From NCBI GenBank assembly GCA_016712675.1, contig JADJQR010000001.1, positions 4,077,999 through 4,141,998 on the forward strand: a DNA stretch of 64,000 nucleotides. The letters are read 5' to 3'. This document shows positions 42,208 to 54,149 of the stretch, one piece after another. The number at the start of each line of letters is the position of its first letter. The stretch's first letter is position 1. The notes beneath the pieces were generated by a model. That model ran no database searches. It was not told the DNA's origin and saw nothing but the letters and a program-made list of their open reading frames with translations. The position numbers were made by a program, and so were the translations under genes. This stretch comes from a bacterium (GTDB lineage Bacteria > Krumholzibacteriota > Krumholzibacteriia > LZORAL124-64-63).

Positions 42208-44544
42208 TCAGCGCACCAGCACCACCCGTTGCCGCGCCGCCGTGCCCGTCCCCCGCAGCGCGGCGAAGTACACGCCGGCTGGCGCCGGCCGGCCAGCGTC
42301 GTCGCGCCCGTCCCAGGCCACGCGGTGCGAACCCGCCGGCAAGGTTGCTTCCGTGAGGGTGCGGACGCGCGCGCCGCGCACGTCGTACACGTCGACCACG
42401 ACGTTGCCCGCCACCGGCAGGTCGAAGGCGAACGCCGTGCGCGCGGTGAACGGGTTCGGCCAGGCCGGCCGCAGGGCGATGCGCGCGGTACCCGCTCCTG
42501 GGTCCACGGCCGACGCGGTGGCGGGCTGCCACTGCGCCAGCCGTGCGGAGACCTTGTCGCCCGCCCGCCGGAACTCGCCGCCGACCCACAGGCGACCGTC
42601 ACCCAGGTTGGCGATGTCATGGCCCTCGGCGTCGAGCCCGGACCCCAGGGCATGCCAGGCCGCCCCGTCCCAGCGCGCCACGTAGGCCGCCGGCTGGCCG
42701 CCGGCGGTGGTGAACTCGCCGGTGGCGTAGAGGTCGGTGCCGTGCGCCGCCAGCCCGAACACGCGGTTGCCGAGGCCCGCGCCGAGCGGGCTCCAGGCGC
42801 TGCCGTTCCAGACGGCGATGTTGGCCGCCGGCGCCCCGCCCGCCTGCGAGAAATTGCCGGCCGCGTACAGCAGGCCGTTCAGTTCCAGGATCGCGTGGAC
42901 CGAGCCGTTGGTCCCGGCGCCCAGCGCCTGCCAGGCCGTCCCGGTCCAGCGCGCGATGTTCGCCGCGGAGACGCCGTCGATCGAGGTGAAGCTGCCGCCC
43001 GTCACGGGGTCGCCCTGGTACGAGCCCAGCCCGTAGAGGATCTGCACGCCTCCGCTGATGCTGTTGCCGAGGGGATCGAAATCGACGCCGTTCCAGCGAC
43101 CGAGCGTCTGCTTGCCGCTCCAGTAGCCGTTGGCGTAGAGCACGTCGTCCAGCACGACCAGGCCGCTGACCGTCGTCAGCGATCCGGCGCCCATCGCGCT
43201 CCACTGCGCGCCGTCCCAGCGCGCGATCTTGTTGGCCGCGACGCCGCCGGCGCTGGCGAAGGCGCCGCCGACGACCAGATCACCGTCGAAGCTCGCGATC
43301 GCCTCGACGGAAGCGCCGTACCCGATGCCCGTCCCCAACGGCTGGAACCCGCTGCCGTCCCAGGCCGCGATGACGCCCGGCACATTGCCGATGCGGCCGG
43401 CACGACCGCCGACGATCACCTGCCCGTTCCACAGGCCGAAGCACTCGATCGGGCCGGTGGCTCCGTGGCCCGTGGCCAGCGTCTCCCAGCCGGTGCCGCT
43501 GCGGGCGGCCAGCCCCGCTGTCGGCAGCGCGTCGATCTGCGTCAGGTAGCCCCCGGCCACCAGCTTGCCGGCATGTTCGTCCAGGGTGAGGACGGCGCCG
43601 CCCGCGATGCCGATCGTGTTCCAGAAGGTGCCGTTCCAGCGCTGGCAGGAGCCGTACTCGTCGGCGGCCACCAGGTCGGCGCCCCAGCGCCCCAGCGCGA
43701 TGACGTTGGTCAGGAACGGCGTCGTGCCCACGGAACTGAACGCCGAACCGTTCCAGCCGACCAGGCCGGTGACCGGCAGGCTGCCCGCGCGCGTGAAATA
43801 GCCGCCGATGATCAGCTTGCCGCCGTGGACGGTAAGCGTCTCGCCGTTGGCATTCCAGGGCTCGCCCTTGTCGTCGAGCAGGCCCCCGCCGACGCCGAAC
43901 CAGGCGCTGCCGCTCCACCGCGCCAGGTTGGGCGCCAGGGCACTGCCGGCGAAGTCGAACGAGCCGCAGGCGTAGAGCGAGGTGCCGAAGACTTCCACGT
44001 CCGTGACCGGACCGTTCGTGCCGCCGTCGAGGTCCGACCACGAAGCACCGTCGTAGATGGCGATGTTCTCCGCGAACAGCGACGACGGCCCGACGAAGGA
44101 GAAGGACCCGGCAGCGACCAGGTCGCCATTCCAGACCGCCAGTGCATCCACGCGCCCGTCCACGCCACCATCGACCTCGACCCAGTCCGCGCCATCCCAG
44201 CGCACCACGCCGCCGGCGAAGCCGCCGCCGGCGTACAGATCGCCGTTCCAGACCACCAGCGCGGCGACATCGTTGTCCAGGCCGTCACCCAGCGCATGCC
44301 ATTGCGCACCGTCCCAGCGCGCGACGTTCGGCGCGGCGACATCGCCGACGCCGGGGAACTCGCCGCCGATCACCAGGTCGGTGCCGAAGGTCGTGGTGTC
44401 CTCGACGTAGCCCAGGACGCCGGGCACGCCGAAGCCGGTGGCCCAGTTGTCGTCGCCGGGTGCGGCCAGGGTGGCGGTCGCAGCCATGAGAACCAGCAGG
44501 GCCAAGCTGGAAAGCAGGAGCGAGTGCAGGCGGTGCGCGGGCAT
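42208..44544 (-). CDS. Secreted multi-bladed beta-propeller repeat protein (SBBP/delta-60-like repeats) with a C-terminal FlgD-Ig/T9SS-like sorting domain
   Basis: Signal peptide. More than 12 repeats of the form (I/V)ARWDGxxWxxLGxG...V(x)AL...G.LY(A/V)GGxF. C-terminus [36 protein letters not shown]...[20 protein letters not shown]. Confidence 0.75.
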   Translation of the reverse strand: MPAHRLHSLLLSSLALLVLMAATATLAAPGDDNWATGFGVPGVLGYVEDTTTFGTDLVIGGEFPGVGDVAAPNVARWDGAQWHALGDGLDNDVAALVVWNGDLYAGGGFAGGVVRWDGADWVEVDGGVDGRVDALAVWNGDLVAAGSFSFVGPSSLFAENIAIYDGASWSDLDGGTNGPVTDVEVFGTSLYACGSFDFAGSALAPNLARWSGSAWFGVGGGLLDDKGEPWNANGETLTVHGGKLIIGGYFTRAGSLPVTGLVGWNGSAFSSVGTTPFLTNVIALGRWGADLVAADEYGSCQRWNGTFWNTIGIAGGAVLTLDEHAGKLVAGGYLTQIDALPTAGLAARSGTGWETLATGHGATGPIECFGLWNGQVIVGGRAGRIGNVPGVIAAWDGSGFQPLGTGIGYGASVEAIASFDGDLVVGGAFASAGGVAANKIARWDGAQWSAMGAGSLTTVSGLVVLDDVLYANGYWSGKQTLGRWNGVDFDPLGNSISGGVQILYGLGSYQGDPVTGGSFTSIDGVSAANIARWTGTAWQALGAGTNGSVHAILELNGLLYAAGNFSQAGGAPAANIAVWNGSAWSPLGAGLGNRVFGLAAHGTDLYATGEFTTAGGQPAAYVARWDGAAWHALGSGLDAEGHDIANLGDGRLWVGGEFRRAGDKVSARLAQWQPATASAVDPGAGTARIALRPAWPNPFTARTAFAFDLPVAGNVVVDVYDVRGARVRTLTEATLPAGSHRVAWDGRDDAGRPAPAGVYFAALRGTGTAARQRVVLVR

Positions 44545-44724
44545 GATGTCTCCCCCCGGAGGTGCGAAACGGATGCGGGCGATAAGCGCGGATTATATCG
44601 GAGTAAATTTGTCTTATCAATAGAGGGAAACCCGTAGGCCGGGCGGCCTCTCCCCTGACCAGCGCGAAATCGCCTTTCAAGTCTACCCACCGCCGCCCGA
44701 TGACTGGTCCAGGAGGACACACCG

Positions 44725-45744
44725 ATGCCCACGGATCCCCACAGCGCGACCGGCGATACCGGCCGGCACCGCCCGTCCGGCAGCCGTGCCATCGGCCTGG
44801 CCGCCGGTGCCGTGGGCCTGGCGGCCATCCCGCTGGCGGTAGGCACGCTGCTGGGCCCGGTGGCCGGGGCGGCGACGGCGGGTGTGCTGGCAACGGCGGC
44901 CGTCGTGACAGCGAGCCGCCTGGGACAGTGCGACCGGGCGGCACTGAAGGCGCTGGGCGACGGGCTGGAGCGCCTGCGGCGCGGCCGGCTCACCACGCCG
45001 GTCAGCGCGCGCGGCGGGGCCGAGGTGGCGCGCCTGGCCGGCGAGATCGACCAGGTGGCACAGTACCTGCGCGAGACGAACGCGCGCACGCAGGCCCGCG
45101 AGCTGGCCCTGGTCAAGACCCTGGCCCAGGTGGCCGAGGGCCGCACCCCCGAAAGCGCCAACCACATGACCCGCGTCGGCGCGATGTGCTGCGAACTGGG
45201 CCGCCTGGCCGGCCTGACGGCCGAGGAAGCGGAGATGCTGCGCCGCGCCGCGCCCCTGCACGACCTCGGCCAGGTGGGCATGCCCGAGGCCATCCTGGCC
45301 AAGCCCGGCACCTACACGCCCCGCGAGCGCGAGGCGATGAAGGCGCACACCGAGATCGGGCACCGCATCCTGTCCGGCTCGCCGCGGCGCGAACTGCGCG
45401 CGGCGGCCGAGATCGCCCTGACCCACCACGAGCGCTGGGACGGCCAGGGCTACCCGCGCGGCTTGGCCGGCGAGGACATCCCCCTGCACGGCCGCATCGT
45501 CGGCCTCATCGATGCCTTCGACGCGATGTTCAGCGAACGCGCCTACCGCCAGGCGATGTCGCGCGCGCACGGGCTGGGCATCATCCGCAGCCAGCGCGGG
45601 CACCACTTCGACCCGCGGCTGGTGGACCTCTTACTGGAGAACCTGCCGGCGTTCTTCGGGATCATGGAAAAGCACGCGGATGTGAAGCCGGTGCGGAAGG
45701 CGGGGGCGGCCAGGGGGCGGAGGCCGTCGACGGTGCGGGGTTAG
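44725..45744 (+). CDS. HD-GYP domain protein (putative c-di-GMP phosphodiesterase) with N-terminal transmembrane and HAMP-like region
   Basis: HD motif (PLHDLGQVGMPEAIL) and HHERWDGQGYPRGL (GYP motif). Confidence 0.8.
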   Translation: MPTDPHSATGDTGRHRPSGSRAIGLAAGAVGLAAIPLAVGTLLGPVAGAATAGVLATAAVVTASRLGQCDRAALKALGDGLERLRRGRLTTPVSARGGAEVARLAGEIDQVAQYLRETNARTQARELALVKTLAQVAEGRTPESANHMTRVGAMCCELGRLAGLTAEEAEMLRRAAPLHDLGQVGMPEAILAKPGTYTPREREAMKAHTEIGHRILSGSPRRELRAAAEIALTHHERWDGQGYPRGLAGEDIPLHGRIVGLIDAFDAMFSERAYRQAMSRAHGLGIIRSQRGHHFDPRLVDLLLENLPAFFGIMEKHADVKPVRKAGAARGRRPSTVRG

Positions 45745-45798
45745 GTGCCGCTGCCGGGCGCGAGCGCCCATGGCAACGGCGGCTTCGCGCCTTTCCGG

Positions 45799-45812
45799 TT
45801 GCGCCGGCGCGA
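45799..45812. repeat. One-mismatch variant (TTGCGCCGGCGCGA) of the 14-bp palindrome
   Basis: Context GGTTGCGCCGGCGCGATTTCGGC closely resembles the copy at 24271. Confidence 0.6.
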
Positions 45813-45831
45813 TTTCGGCTGGGTCTTTCCG

Positions 45832-46317
45832 TCAGCCCTGGTTCCCCGGCATCCTCCCCAGTTGCGATAGCAGCTCGAGCCCGTCCCACTCGCCCCAACG
45901 CTCTGTGATCCGCCCCTCGCACACCCGGATCACCTCGATCCCCTTGAACGTGACGCGCCGCCCGATCGGCTCGGCCCCAAGGTAGGCCCCGCAGTGCGTG
46001 CCCACGGCGGTCCACCGCACCGCCACCATGCCGCTTGCGCCGGCGCAAGTCGCGCCGGCCGCGCAGGCATCCGCCGCCGGCTCCACGACCACATCGCACG
46101 CCGTGGCCACCAGGTCGGGAAACGCCGCCAGCAGCGCGACGATGCCGGCACGGAAGCCGGCATTGTCCGGCGCGCGGCCGCCGCTGTCGTGGTCGATGAA
46201 GTCGGGGTGGTGCAGATCGTCGACGATCGAGCCGGCAGGCAGGGCGCCCGCGCTCCAGCCCTCCTCCACCCAGCGGCGGGCGAGGTTGGCCAGTGCGGCG
46301 CGGACATCGGCAGTCAT
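45832..46317 (-). CDS. SnoaL-like / NTF2-fold putative ester cyclase
   Basis: VAVRWTAVGTHCGAYLGAEPIGRRVTFKGIEVIRVCEGRITERWGEWDGLELLSQLG matches ester-cyclase family proteins. It contains an in-frame copy of the 14-bp palindrome (46035-46048), which adds a ...DACAAGATCAGASG... segment. Confidence 0.65.
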   Translation of the reverse strand: MTADVRAALANLARRWVEEGWSAGALPAGSIVDDLHHPDFIDHDSGGRAPDNAGFRAGIVALLAAFPDLVATACDVVVEPAADACAAGATCAGASGMVAVRWTAVGTHCGAYLGAEPIGRRVTFKGIEVIRVCEGRITERWGEWDGLELLSQLGRMPGNQG

Positions 46318-46330
46318 GGGCGGCGTGGCC

Positions 46331-47440
46331 CTACACGCCCGGCAGGCTCTTGAGCCCCGCCAGCAGCACGTCGTTCGAGGGGTACTTCTCCATCAGCTTG
46401 AGCATGCCCTCCATGGCCTGGCGCGGCGGCACGGCGATGGCGCGCTTGCGCAGCAGGTTGAGGGCCGTGATCTGGTCCTCGGTGTACAGGAGTTCCTCGC
46501 GACGGGTGCCGCTGGTGCGGATGTTGATGGCGGGGAAGACGCGCGCCTCGGCCATCTGGCGGTCCAGCACGATCTCGCTGTTGCCCGTGCCCTTGAACTC
46601 CTCGAAGATCAGGTCGTCCAGGCGCGAGCCGGTCTCGATCAGGGCCGTGGCGATGACGGTGATGGAACCGCCGCCCTCCACGTTGCGGGCCATGCCGAAG
46701 AACTTGCGCGGGATCTCCATCGCGCGCGAGTCGAGGCCGCCCGAGAGCGTGCGGCCCGAGCCGGGGCCGCGGTTGTTGAAGGCGCGGGCCATGCGCGTCA
46801 GGCTGTCGACCAGCAGCACGACGTCGTGGCCGCACTCGGCTTCGCAGCGCACCTGCGCCATCGTCAGTTCGCACAGCTTCACGTGCGACTCGATGCTGTG
46901 GTCGTTGTTGCTGGCCAGCACCTCGGCCGGGACCGAGCGGCGGAAGTGCGTCACTTCCTCGGGGCGCTCGTCGACCAGCAGCACCACGACGCGCGAATCG
47001 GGCGTGTCGGCGCAGATCGCCTTGGTCAGCTCCTCGAGCATCACGGTCTTGCCGGTGCGCGGGGGCGCCACGATCAGGCCGCGCGTGCCGCGCGCCAGCG
47101 GCGCGAACAGCTCGACGATGCGCATGGTGGGCCCGCCGTGGTCGCCGATGCGGAAGCGCCGATCCGGATTCACCGCCAGCAGCTTCTCGAAGGGCGTGCG
47201 CTTGCGGTAGTGGTCGTAGGGCACGCCGCAGATGGTGTCCAGGCCCACGAGCTGGGGCGCGCGCTTGCCGGCCTTCACCGGGCCGGTGATGGTGGCGCCG
47301 TGGACCAGCGCGAATTTCTGGATGGCCTGGCGCGGGACCAGCACGTCGTCGGGCGAGGGCTGGAAGGACTTGGCCGGGTTGCGCAGGAAGCCATCACCCT
47401 TTTGGGAGAGGTCCAGGACGCCGGTGGTGGTGTCGGACAT
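46331..47440 (-). CDS. rho: Transcription termination factor Rho (short N-terminus)
   Basis: GVLDLSQKGDGFLR (OB/CSD), Walker A APPRTGKT, LVDERPEEV, Q-loop and R-loop regions, and a SGTRREELL C-terminus. Confidence 0.9.
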   Translation of the reverse strand: MSDTTTGVLDLSQKGDGFLRNPAKSFQPSPDDVLVPRQAIQKFALVHGATITGPVKAGKRAPQLVGLDTICGVPYDHYRKRTPFEKLLAVNPDRRFRIGDHGGPTMRIVELFAPLARGTRGLIVAPPRTGKTVMLEELTKAICADTPDSRVVVLLVDERPEEVTHFRRSVPAEVLASNNDHSIESHVKLCELTMAQVRCEAECGHDVVLLVDSLTRMARAFNNRGPGSGRTLSGGLDSRAMEIPRKFFGMARNVEGGGSITVIATALIETGSRLDDLIFEEFKGTGNSEIVLDRQMAEARVFPAINIRTSGTRREELLYTEDQITALNLLRKRAIAVPPRQAMEGMLKLMEKYPSNDVLLAGLKSLPGV

Positions 47441-47614
47441 GCGGATCCGTTTCGAGCGTAGGTTGTCGTGTCCTCGGGGAAGCCGGCCGGTGCCGGCGGG
47501 TGGCCCGGAGCCGCGCGCGGGGTGGAGAACCCCGGGCCCGGGACCGCAGACATGATAACCCATGGGCGGGCGCCTGCCAAGCCGGATGGCGCCGGCACGG
47601 GAGCATGGGTTAGG

Positions 47615-50600
47615 ATGGCGCCCGAACAACCGCGAACCGTGGAGGATGCCGTGAACCGCTGCCGCCGCCTGTTCCTGCCGCTACCCCTGACCCTCGCCGT
47701 GCTGCTTGGGCCGGCTCACGCCGTCGCCGCAGATGTGGGCGACCTGGCCGGCGTGCGCCAGGAGGGCAGCGACGTCGTGCTGGGCTGCAGCACGGGCGAC
47801 ATCATTCGCCTGGAATTCATCGCCGACGACGTGCTGCGGATCTGGGTGGGACCGGGCGGCTGGCTGGCCAGCGAGGGCAGCGGGCAGACGCCGATCGTGC
47901 TGCCGCGCGAACGGCGACCCGTTGCGGTCACGGTCACGGCGGCGGAAGGGCACCACCACATCGAGTCGCCCGCGCTCAGGCTGCGTGTGCACCACGCGCC
48001 TCTGCGGCTGGAGCTGTTCCGCGCAGGCGAATCGGCGCCGCTGTGGACCGAACTGAAGCCGCTCGAGGTCTCCAAGCAGGGCAGTACGCAGACGCTGGCC
48101 GTGCGGCCCGGCGAGCGCTTCTGCGGCGGCGGCCAGCAGAATGGCGCCTACGCGTTCGCCGGCGAACTGCTGGAGATCTCCTACTCCGGCGGCTGGGAGG
48201 AAGGCGACCGCGCCAACCCCGCACCGTTCTACCTGAGCAGCGCCGGCTACGGCGTCCTGCGCAACACCTGGACCGACGGCCGCTACGACTTCCGCTCCAC
48301 CGACCACCTGACCACCTGGCACCGCGAGAACCGCTTCGACGCCTACTATGTCACGGGCCCGACGCTGGCCGACGTGCTGGGTCGGTACACCTGGCTGACC
48401 GGCCGCGCGCCGCTGCTGCCGCGCTGGGCCTTCGAGTACGGCGACGCCGATTGCTACAACGACCGCGACAACGCCGACAAGCCCGGTACGGTGCCGTCCG
48501 GATGGAGCGACGGACCCACCGGCACGACGATCGATGTCGTGTCCTCGGTGGCGCGCAGGTACCGCGAACACGACATGCCCGGCGGCTGGATCCTGCCCAA
48601 CGACGGCTACGGCTGCGGCTATACGGATCTGCCGGCGGTGGTCGACAGCCTGCGCGGCCTGGGCTTCCGCACGGGGCTGTGGACGGAGAACGGCGTCGAG
48701 AAGATCGCCTGGGAGGTGGGCACGGCCGGCACGCGCGCGCAGAAGCTGGACGTGGCCTGGACCGGCCAGGGCTACCAGCACGCGATGGACGCCAACCACG
48801 CCGCCGCGCGCGGCATCCTCGACAACTCGGACAGCCGCCCGTTCCTGTGGACGGTGATGGGCTGGGCCGGCGTGCAGCGCTACGCCGTGACCTGGACCGG
48901 CGACCAGTCCGGCACCTGGGACTACATCCGCTGGCACGTGCCGACGCTCGTCGGCTCGGGCCTGTCGGGCCAGGCCTACGCGACCGGGGACGTGGACGGC
49001 ATCTTCGGCGGCAGCCCCGAGACCTTCACGCGCGACCTGCAGTGGAAGTGCTTCACGCCGGTGATGATGGGCATGTCCGGCTGGTCTGCCGCCGAGCGCA
49101 AGCACCCGTGGTGGTTCGACGAGCCATACCGCTCCATCAACCGCAGCTATCTGAAGCTCAAGATGCGGCTGATGCCGTACATGTACACGCTGGCCTGGCG
49201 CGCCTCGCAGACTGGCGCGCCGCCGGTGCGCGGCCTGATGTGGGACCACCCCGACGATCCGCACGCCTGGACGGAGGACTATCCGTACCAGTTCTGCCTG
49301 GGGCCCGACCTGCTGGTGGCTCCCGTGTACCGCAGCCAGCAGGCCAGCGGCGGCTGGCGCGAGGGCATCCACCTGCCGGCCGGGCGCTGGCTGGACTGGT
49401 GGGACGGCACCGTGACCGAAGCGGGACCCGGCGGCGTGGACATCGCGGTGCCGGTCACGCTGGAGAAGCTGCCGGTGTTCGTGCGCGCGGGCGCCATCCT
49501 GCCGCTGTACCCCGAATCGCTGTACGACGGCCAGGTCGCCACCGACGTGCTGACGCTGGACGTGTACCCGCACGGCGATTCCCGCTACGAGCTGTACGAG
49601 GACGACGGCAACACGCGCGCCCATGCCGAGGGCGCCTTCACCCTGCAGATGTTCACCGCCAGTGCGCCGGCCGGGCACCCTGGCGCGGTCACCGTCGGCA
49701 TCGGCACCGCGCGCGGCATGTTTGCCGGCCGCCACGATCGGCGCGCCTACGAGCTGCTGCTGCGCACGCGCGTCGAGCCGGGCACCGTGACGCTGAACGG
49801 GGCGCCGCTGGCACGGTTGGCCGCCGGCACCGCCGGCTTGGACGCCGCGGGCTGGACGTGGGATGCGGCCGACCGCGGCGGCACGGTGCGCGTGCGCACG
49901 CCGCACCTGGACGTGGGCGTGCCGCATGCCGTCGCGGTCACGCCGCGACGCGGCGCGCGCCCCTCGCCCGGCGGCAGTTACCCGCCCGCGCCCGCGCGCG
50001 ACGGCGTCGTGCCCGCAGACCAGCTGCTGGTCATCGGCCGCCCCGCCGAGGAGCCCGGCCATCCGCTTGAGCACGCCTTCGACGGCGATCCGGGCACCTG
50101 GTTCCGCACCGTGCGCGGCCAGTCGGTGCCTTACGGGCCGCACGAGTTCACGCTCTCGCTCGGCGCGCGCCGCCTGGTCGAGGGCTTCCGCATCCGCCCG
50201 CGGAACGACCAGCACTGGCGTTACGGCAACGTCCGCCGCTGCGAGGTCTACGTGGCGGACGTGAACGGCGCGTGGGGCGCGCCCGTCTTTGCCGACACGC
50301 TGGCCCTCTGCGATTCGCTGCAGACGGTGCGCTTCCCGGCGCGGGCCGGCCGCCTGCTGCGCTTCCGCATCCTGGGCACGCACGACATGGAGCGCGACCC
50401 GATGGTCACCGGCGCGGCGGCCGCCGACAGCGCCGGCGCCTGGTCCGCCGGCGACCCGGTGCGCATCAGCCCGGTGACGATCGGGGAATTCGCGGTGCTG
50501 GAGCGGGAGGCGAGCTGGCGCGGTACGGCGGAACAGGCGCTCGCTGATCTGGCGATCGCCCCCGCCCCGCCCGCAGGCGAACTCCGTCTGGGCGGCCTGC

Positions 50601-50920
50601 CCCGTCCGGACGGCTTCGGGGTCGACGGCAGAGGCTCGACCACCTACGCCGTCGACGGACGGGCAGCGGGCTTGCGCTGCGAGGTCGGCCTGTTGGACGA
50701 CGCGCCCGCCGGCGCCTCGGCGCGCTTCACGGTCAAGGGTGACGGCAGGACGCTCTGGGACAGCGGCGCCATGGGCCCGGGCGAGGTGGCGAAGCCCGCG
50801 ATCGACATCCGCGGCATTGAGCGGCTCGAGTTGCGCTGGCTCGTGGAGCCGGCCGGCGTGGCGGCGGGTTGGGCGGACGCGCGCGTGACCGGCTGGCGGG
50901 AAGGTGACGGGCGGCGATGA
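47615..50920 (+). CDS. Secreted glycoside hydrolase family 31 protein with C-terminal F5/8 type C (discoidin)-like and NPCBM-like domains
   Basis: Signal peptide RRLFLPLPLTLAVLLGPAHAVA. GH31 catalytic signatures (WTGDQSGTWDYIRWHVPTLVGSGLSGQAYATGDVDGIFGG). C-terminal ~330 aa beta-sandwich modules. Confidence 0.8.
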   Translation: MAPEQPRTVEDAVNRCRRLFLPLPLTLAVLLGPAHAVAADVGDLAGVRQEGSDVVLGCSTGDIIRLEFIADDVLRIWVGPGGWLASEGSGQTPIVLPRERRPVAVTVTAAEGHHHIESPALRLRVHHAPLRLELFRAGESAPLWTELKPLEVSKQGSTQTLAVRPGERFCGGGQQNGAYAFAGELLEISYSGGWEEGDRANPAPFYLSSAGYGVLRNTWTDGRYDFRSTDHLTTWHRENRFDAYYVTGPTLADVLGRYTWLTGRAPLLPRWAFEYGDADCYNDRDNADKPGTVPSGWSDGPTGTTIDVVSSVARRYREHDMPGGWILPNDGYGCGYTDLPAVVDSLRGLGFRTGLWTENGVEKIAWEVGTAGTRAQKLDVAWTGQGYQHAMDANHAAARGILDNSDSRPFLWTVMGWAGVQRYAVTWTGDQSGTWDYIRWHVPTLVGSGLSGQAYATGDVDGIFGGSPETFTRDLQWKCFTPVMMGMSGWSAAERKHPWWFDEPYRSINRSYLKLKMRLMPYMYTLAWRASQTGAPPVRGLMWDHPDDPHAWTEDYPYQFCLGPDLLVAPVYRSQQASGGWREGIHLPAGRWLDWWDGTVTEAGPGGVDIAVPVTLEKLPVFVRAGAILPLYPESLYDGQVATDVLTLDVYPHGDSRYELYEDDGNTRAHAEGAFTLQMFTASAPAGHPGAVTVGIGTARGMFAGRHDRRAYELLLRTRVEPGTVTLNGAPLARLAAGTAGLDAAGWTWDAADRGGTVRVRTPHLDVGVPHAVAVTPRRGARPSPGGSYPPAPARDGVVPADQLLVIGRPAEEPGHPLEHAFDGDPGTWFRTVRGQSVPYGPHEFTLSLGARRLVEGFRIRPRNDQHWRYGNVRRCEVYVADVNGAWGAPVFADTLALCDSLQTVRFPARAGRLLRFRILGTHDMERDPMVTGAAAADSAGAWSAGDPVRISPVTIGEFAVLEREASWRGTAEQALADLAIAPAPPAGELRLGGLPRPDGFGVDGRGSTTYAVDGRAAGLRCEVGLLDDAPAGASARFTVKGDGRTLWDSGAMGPGEVAKPAIDIRGIERLELRWLVEPAGVAAGWADARVTGWREGDGRR

Positions 50921-50953
50921 TGGCCGGGTGAAGGCGATCGTTGGTGAGGACAA

Positions 50954-50967
50954 TTGCGCCGGCGCAA
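50954..50967. repeat. 14-bp palindrome TTGCGCCGGCGCAA, 3' of the GH31 gene
   Basis: Exact match. Confidence 0.8.
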
Positions 50968-51120
50968 GTCCTCGGCACCGCGCTCACCGCGCGACCTGAC
51001 TGCAAGTCGGCCGCGCGCCGCCCGCACGGCACGGCGCAGCCCGCAGGACGAGGCGCCGGCCGCCCTAGGGTCGCCAGGCAACCCGAGACGGCCGGCGCCG
51101 ATGACTACCGACTGTCGGCC

Positions 51121-52524
<1,404 letters not shown>

Positions 52525-52709
52525 GGTGAGCCCCTTCCAGTAGCATCGTGGGTGGCTTCCGGGTGGACGCCGACAGACCGGTGGCAGATGGCGAGGATCC
52601 ATCGACCGCGGGCGATTCCACACGATTCCTGGCGAGGAAGTATCAGCCTACAGCAAGGCGGCGATCGACGGCAAGCGCTAATTCTACGCGAATCGAGAAG
52701 GTCGTCGAA

Positions 52710-52723
52710 TTGCGCCGGCGCAA
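52710..52723. repeat. 14-bp palindrome TTGCGCCGGCGCAA, between the S8 peptidase gene and ubiX
   Basis: Exact match. Confidence 0.8.
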
Positions 52724-52770
52724 GACCGCGGGTCCGGGTCAGCGGGAGGAATCGGACGGCTTCCGGCGCC

Positions 52771-53373
52771 TCACTGCCCCCACCGCGGCGCCAGGTCCAC
52801 CTCGACGCCCAGGTGGTCGCACACGCGCTGCACGATGAAGTCGACCATCTCGCCCGGCGATTGCGGGCGGTGGTAGAAGCCCGGCATCGCCGGCAGCACC
52901 AGGGCGCCGCGGCGGCTCAACTCGGCCAGGTGCTCGAGGTGGTGCGTGGCCAGGGGCGTCTCACGGGGGACCAAGATCAGGGGGCGCCGCTCCTTGAAGC
53001 AGACGTCGGCCGCGCGCAGCAGCAGCGTCTCCGACGTGCCGGCCACCAGGCGGCCCACGGTGCCCATCGAGCAGGGAATGATCACGAGCGGGCCGCCCCG
53101 CGCCGAGCCGCTGGCCAGCGGCGCCGCGAAGTCGTGGCGGTCGAAGACGCACAGCGAGCCCGGACCCATCGCCGAGAGGCGGTCCAGGATGCCGGCCACG
53201 TCCAGACCCATTTCCACGGGCGCGGTCTGCCGCACGGCCTCGCTGAAGACCAGGTTCACGTCGCGGCCGGCGTGCAGCAGCACATCCACCAGCCGCACGC
53301 CGTAGACCAGCCCGCTGGCGCCGGTCCAGCCGACGCCGATGGCCGGCGCACCCCGGTGCGTCGCGTCGCTCAC
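52771..53373 (-). CDS. ubiX: Flavin prenyltransferase UbiX
   Basis: GTG start overlapping the ubiE stop (GTGA). IGVGWTGASGLVYGVRL...CSMGTVGRLVAGTSETLLLRAADVCFKERRPLILVPRETPL...PAMPGFYHRPQS matches UbiX/Pad1. Confidence 0.85.
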   Translation of the reverse strand: MSDATHRGAPAIGVGWTGASGLVYGVRLVDVLLHAGRDVNLVFSEAVRQTAPVEMGLDVAGILDRLSAMGPGSLCVFDRHDFAAPLASGSARGGPLVIIPCSMGTVGRLVAGTSETLLLRAADVCFKERRPLILVPRETPLATHHLEHLAELSRRGALVLPAMPGFYHRPQSPGEMVDFIVQRVCDHLGVEVDLAPRWGQ

Positions 53374-54149
53374 GGCAGCCTCCCGCAGATGATGTGCGCG
53401 ATCCCGAGCGTCTGGCGCTCGACGTCCACGTCGCTGAATCCGTACTCGGCCAGCAGGTCGCGGAACTCGCGCGCGGTCAGGAACTGGTCCATGCTGGCCG
53501 GCAGGTAGGCGTAGGCACCGCCGTCGCGGCCCACGAACCGGCCGAGCATCCGCACCATCGCCGCGATGGCCACGCGCAGCGGCGCCGCCACCCCGCGCAG
53601 CTGCCCGCGCGCTCCGGGGTCGTCGCGGAAGAACTCCAGCACGATGAGCTGGCCGCCCGGCCGCAGCACGCGCGCGATCTCGCCCAGGCCGGCGCGCACG
53701 TCCGCGAAGTTGCGCACGCCGAAGCCCACGGTCACCGCATCGACGCTGTGGTCGCGCAGGGGCAGCGCCAGGGCGTCGGCGGCCAGCAACTGCAGCTGAT
53801 CGGCGCCCTTCTTGCCGCGCGCGCCGCGCAGCATCGACGGGCAGAAGTCGGCGGCCAGCCAGGCGCGCCCGCGGCCCGCCGCGCGGCAGGCCAGGGCCAG
53901 GTCGCCGGTGCCGGCGCACAGGTCCAGGATCTCCCAGGCGTCACCGTCGATGCGCGCGGCCACGTTCCGGCGCCAGGCCCGGTCGCGGCCGGCGCTCAGC
54001 AGGTGGTTCATGAAATCATAGACGCCGGCGATGCGTGCGAACATCGCCTGCACGGTGCGGCCGTGCTGCTCGGGGTCGCGCACGGTCCAGGCGCCCTGCT
54101 CGCGGGCATGCACCTGCTCGAAGCGGCCGGCGCGTGTCGGTTTGCTCAT
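53370..54149 (-). CDS. ubiE: Ubiquinone/menaquinone biosynthesis C-methyltransferase UbiE/MenG
   Basis: VQAMFARIAGVYDFMNHLLS...ILDLCAGTGDLA (SAM motif I)...VGFGVRNF...LRPGGQLIVLEF. Confidence 0.85.
   Translation of the reverse strand: MSKPTRAGRFEQVHAREQGAWTVRDPEQHGRTVQAMFARIAGVYDFMNHLLSAGRDRAWRRNVAARIDGDAWEILDLCAGTGDLALACRAAGRGRAWLAADFCPSMLRGARGKKGADQLQLLAADALALPLRDHSVDAVTVGFGVRNFADVRAGLGEIARVLRPGGQLIVLEFFRDDPGARGQLRGVAAPLRVAIAAMVRMLGRFVGRDGGAYAYLPASMDQFLTAREFRDLLAEYGFSDVDVERQTLGIAHIICGRLP

Noticed and set aside
47681-50953. 1090-aa minus-strand ORF
   Set aside because: It is antisense to the GH31 gene.
52771-53919. 382-aa minus-strand ORF taken as a single gene
   Set aside because: Only the C-terminal ~200 codons (from the GTG at 53373) match UbiX. 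The upstream part overlaps the ubiE coding frame and is not coding.
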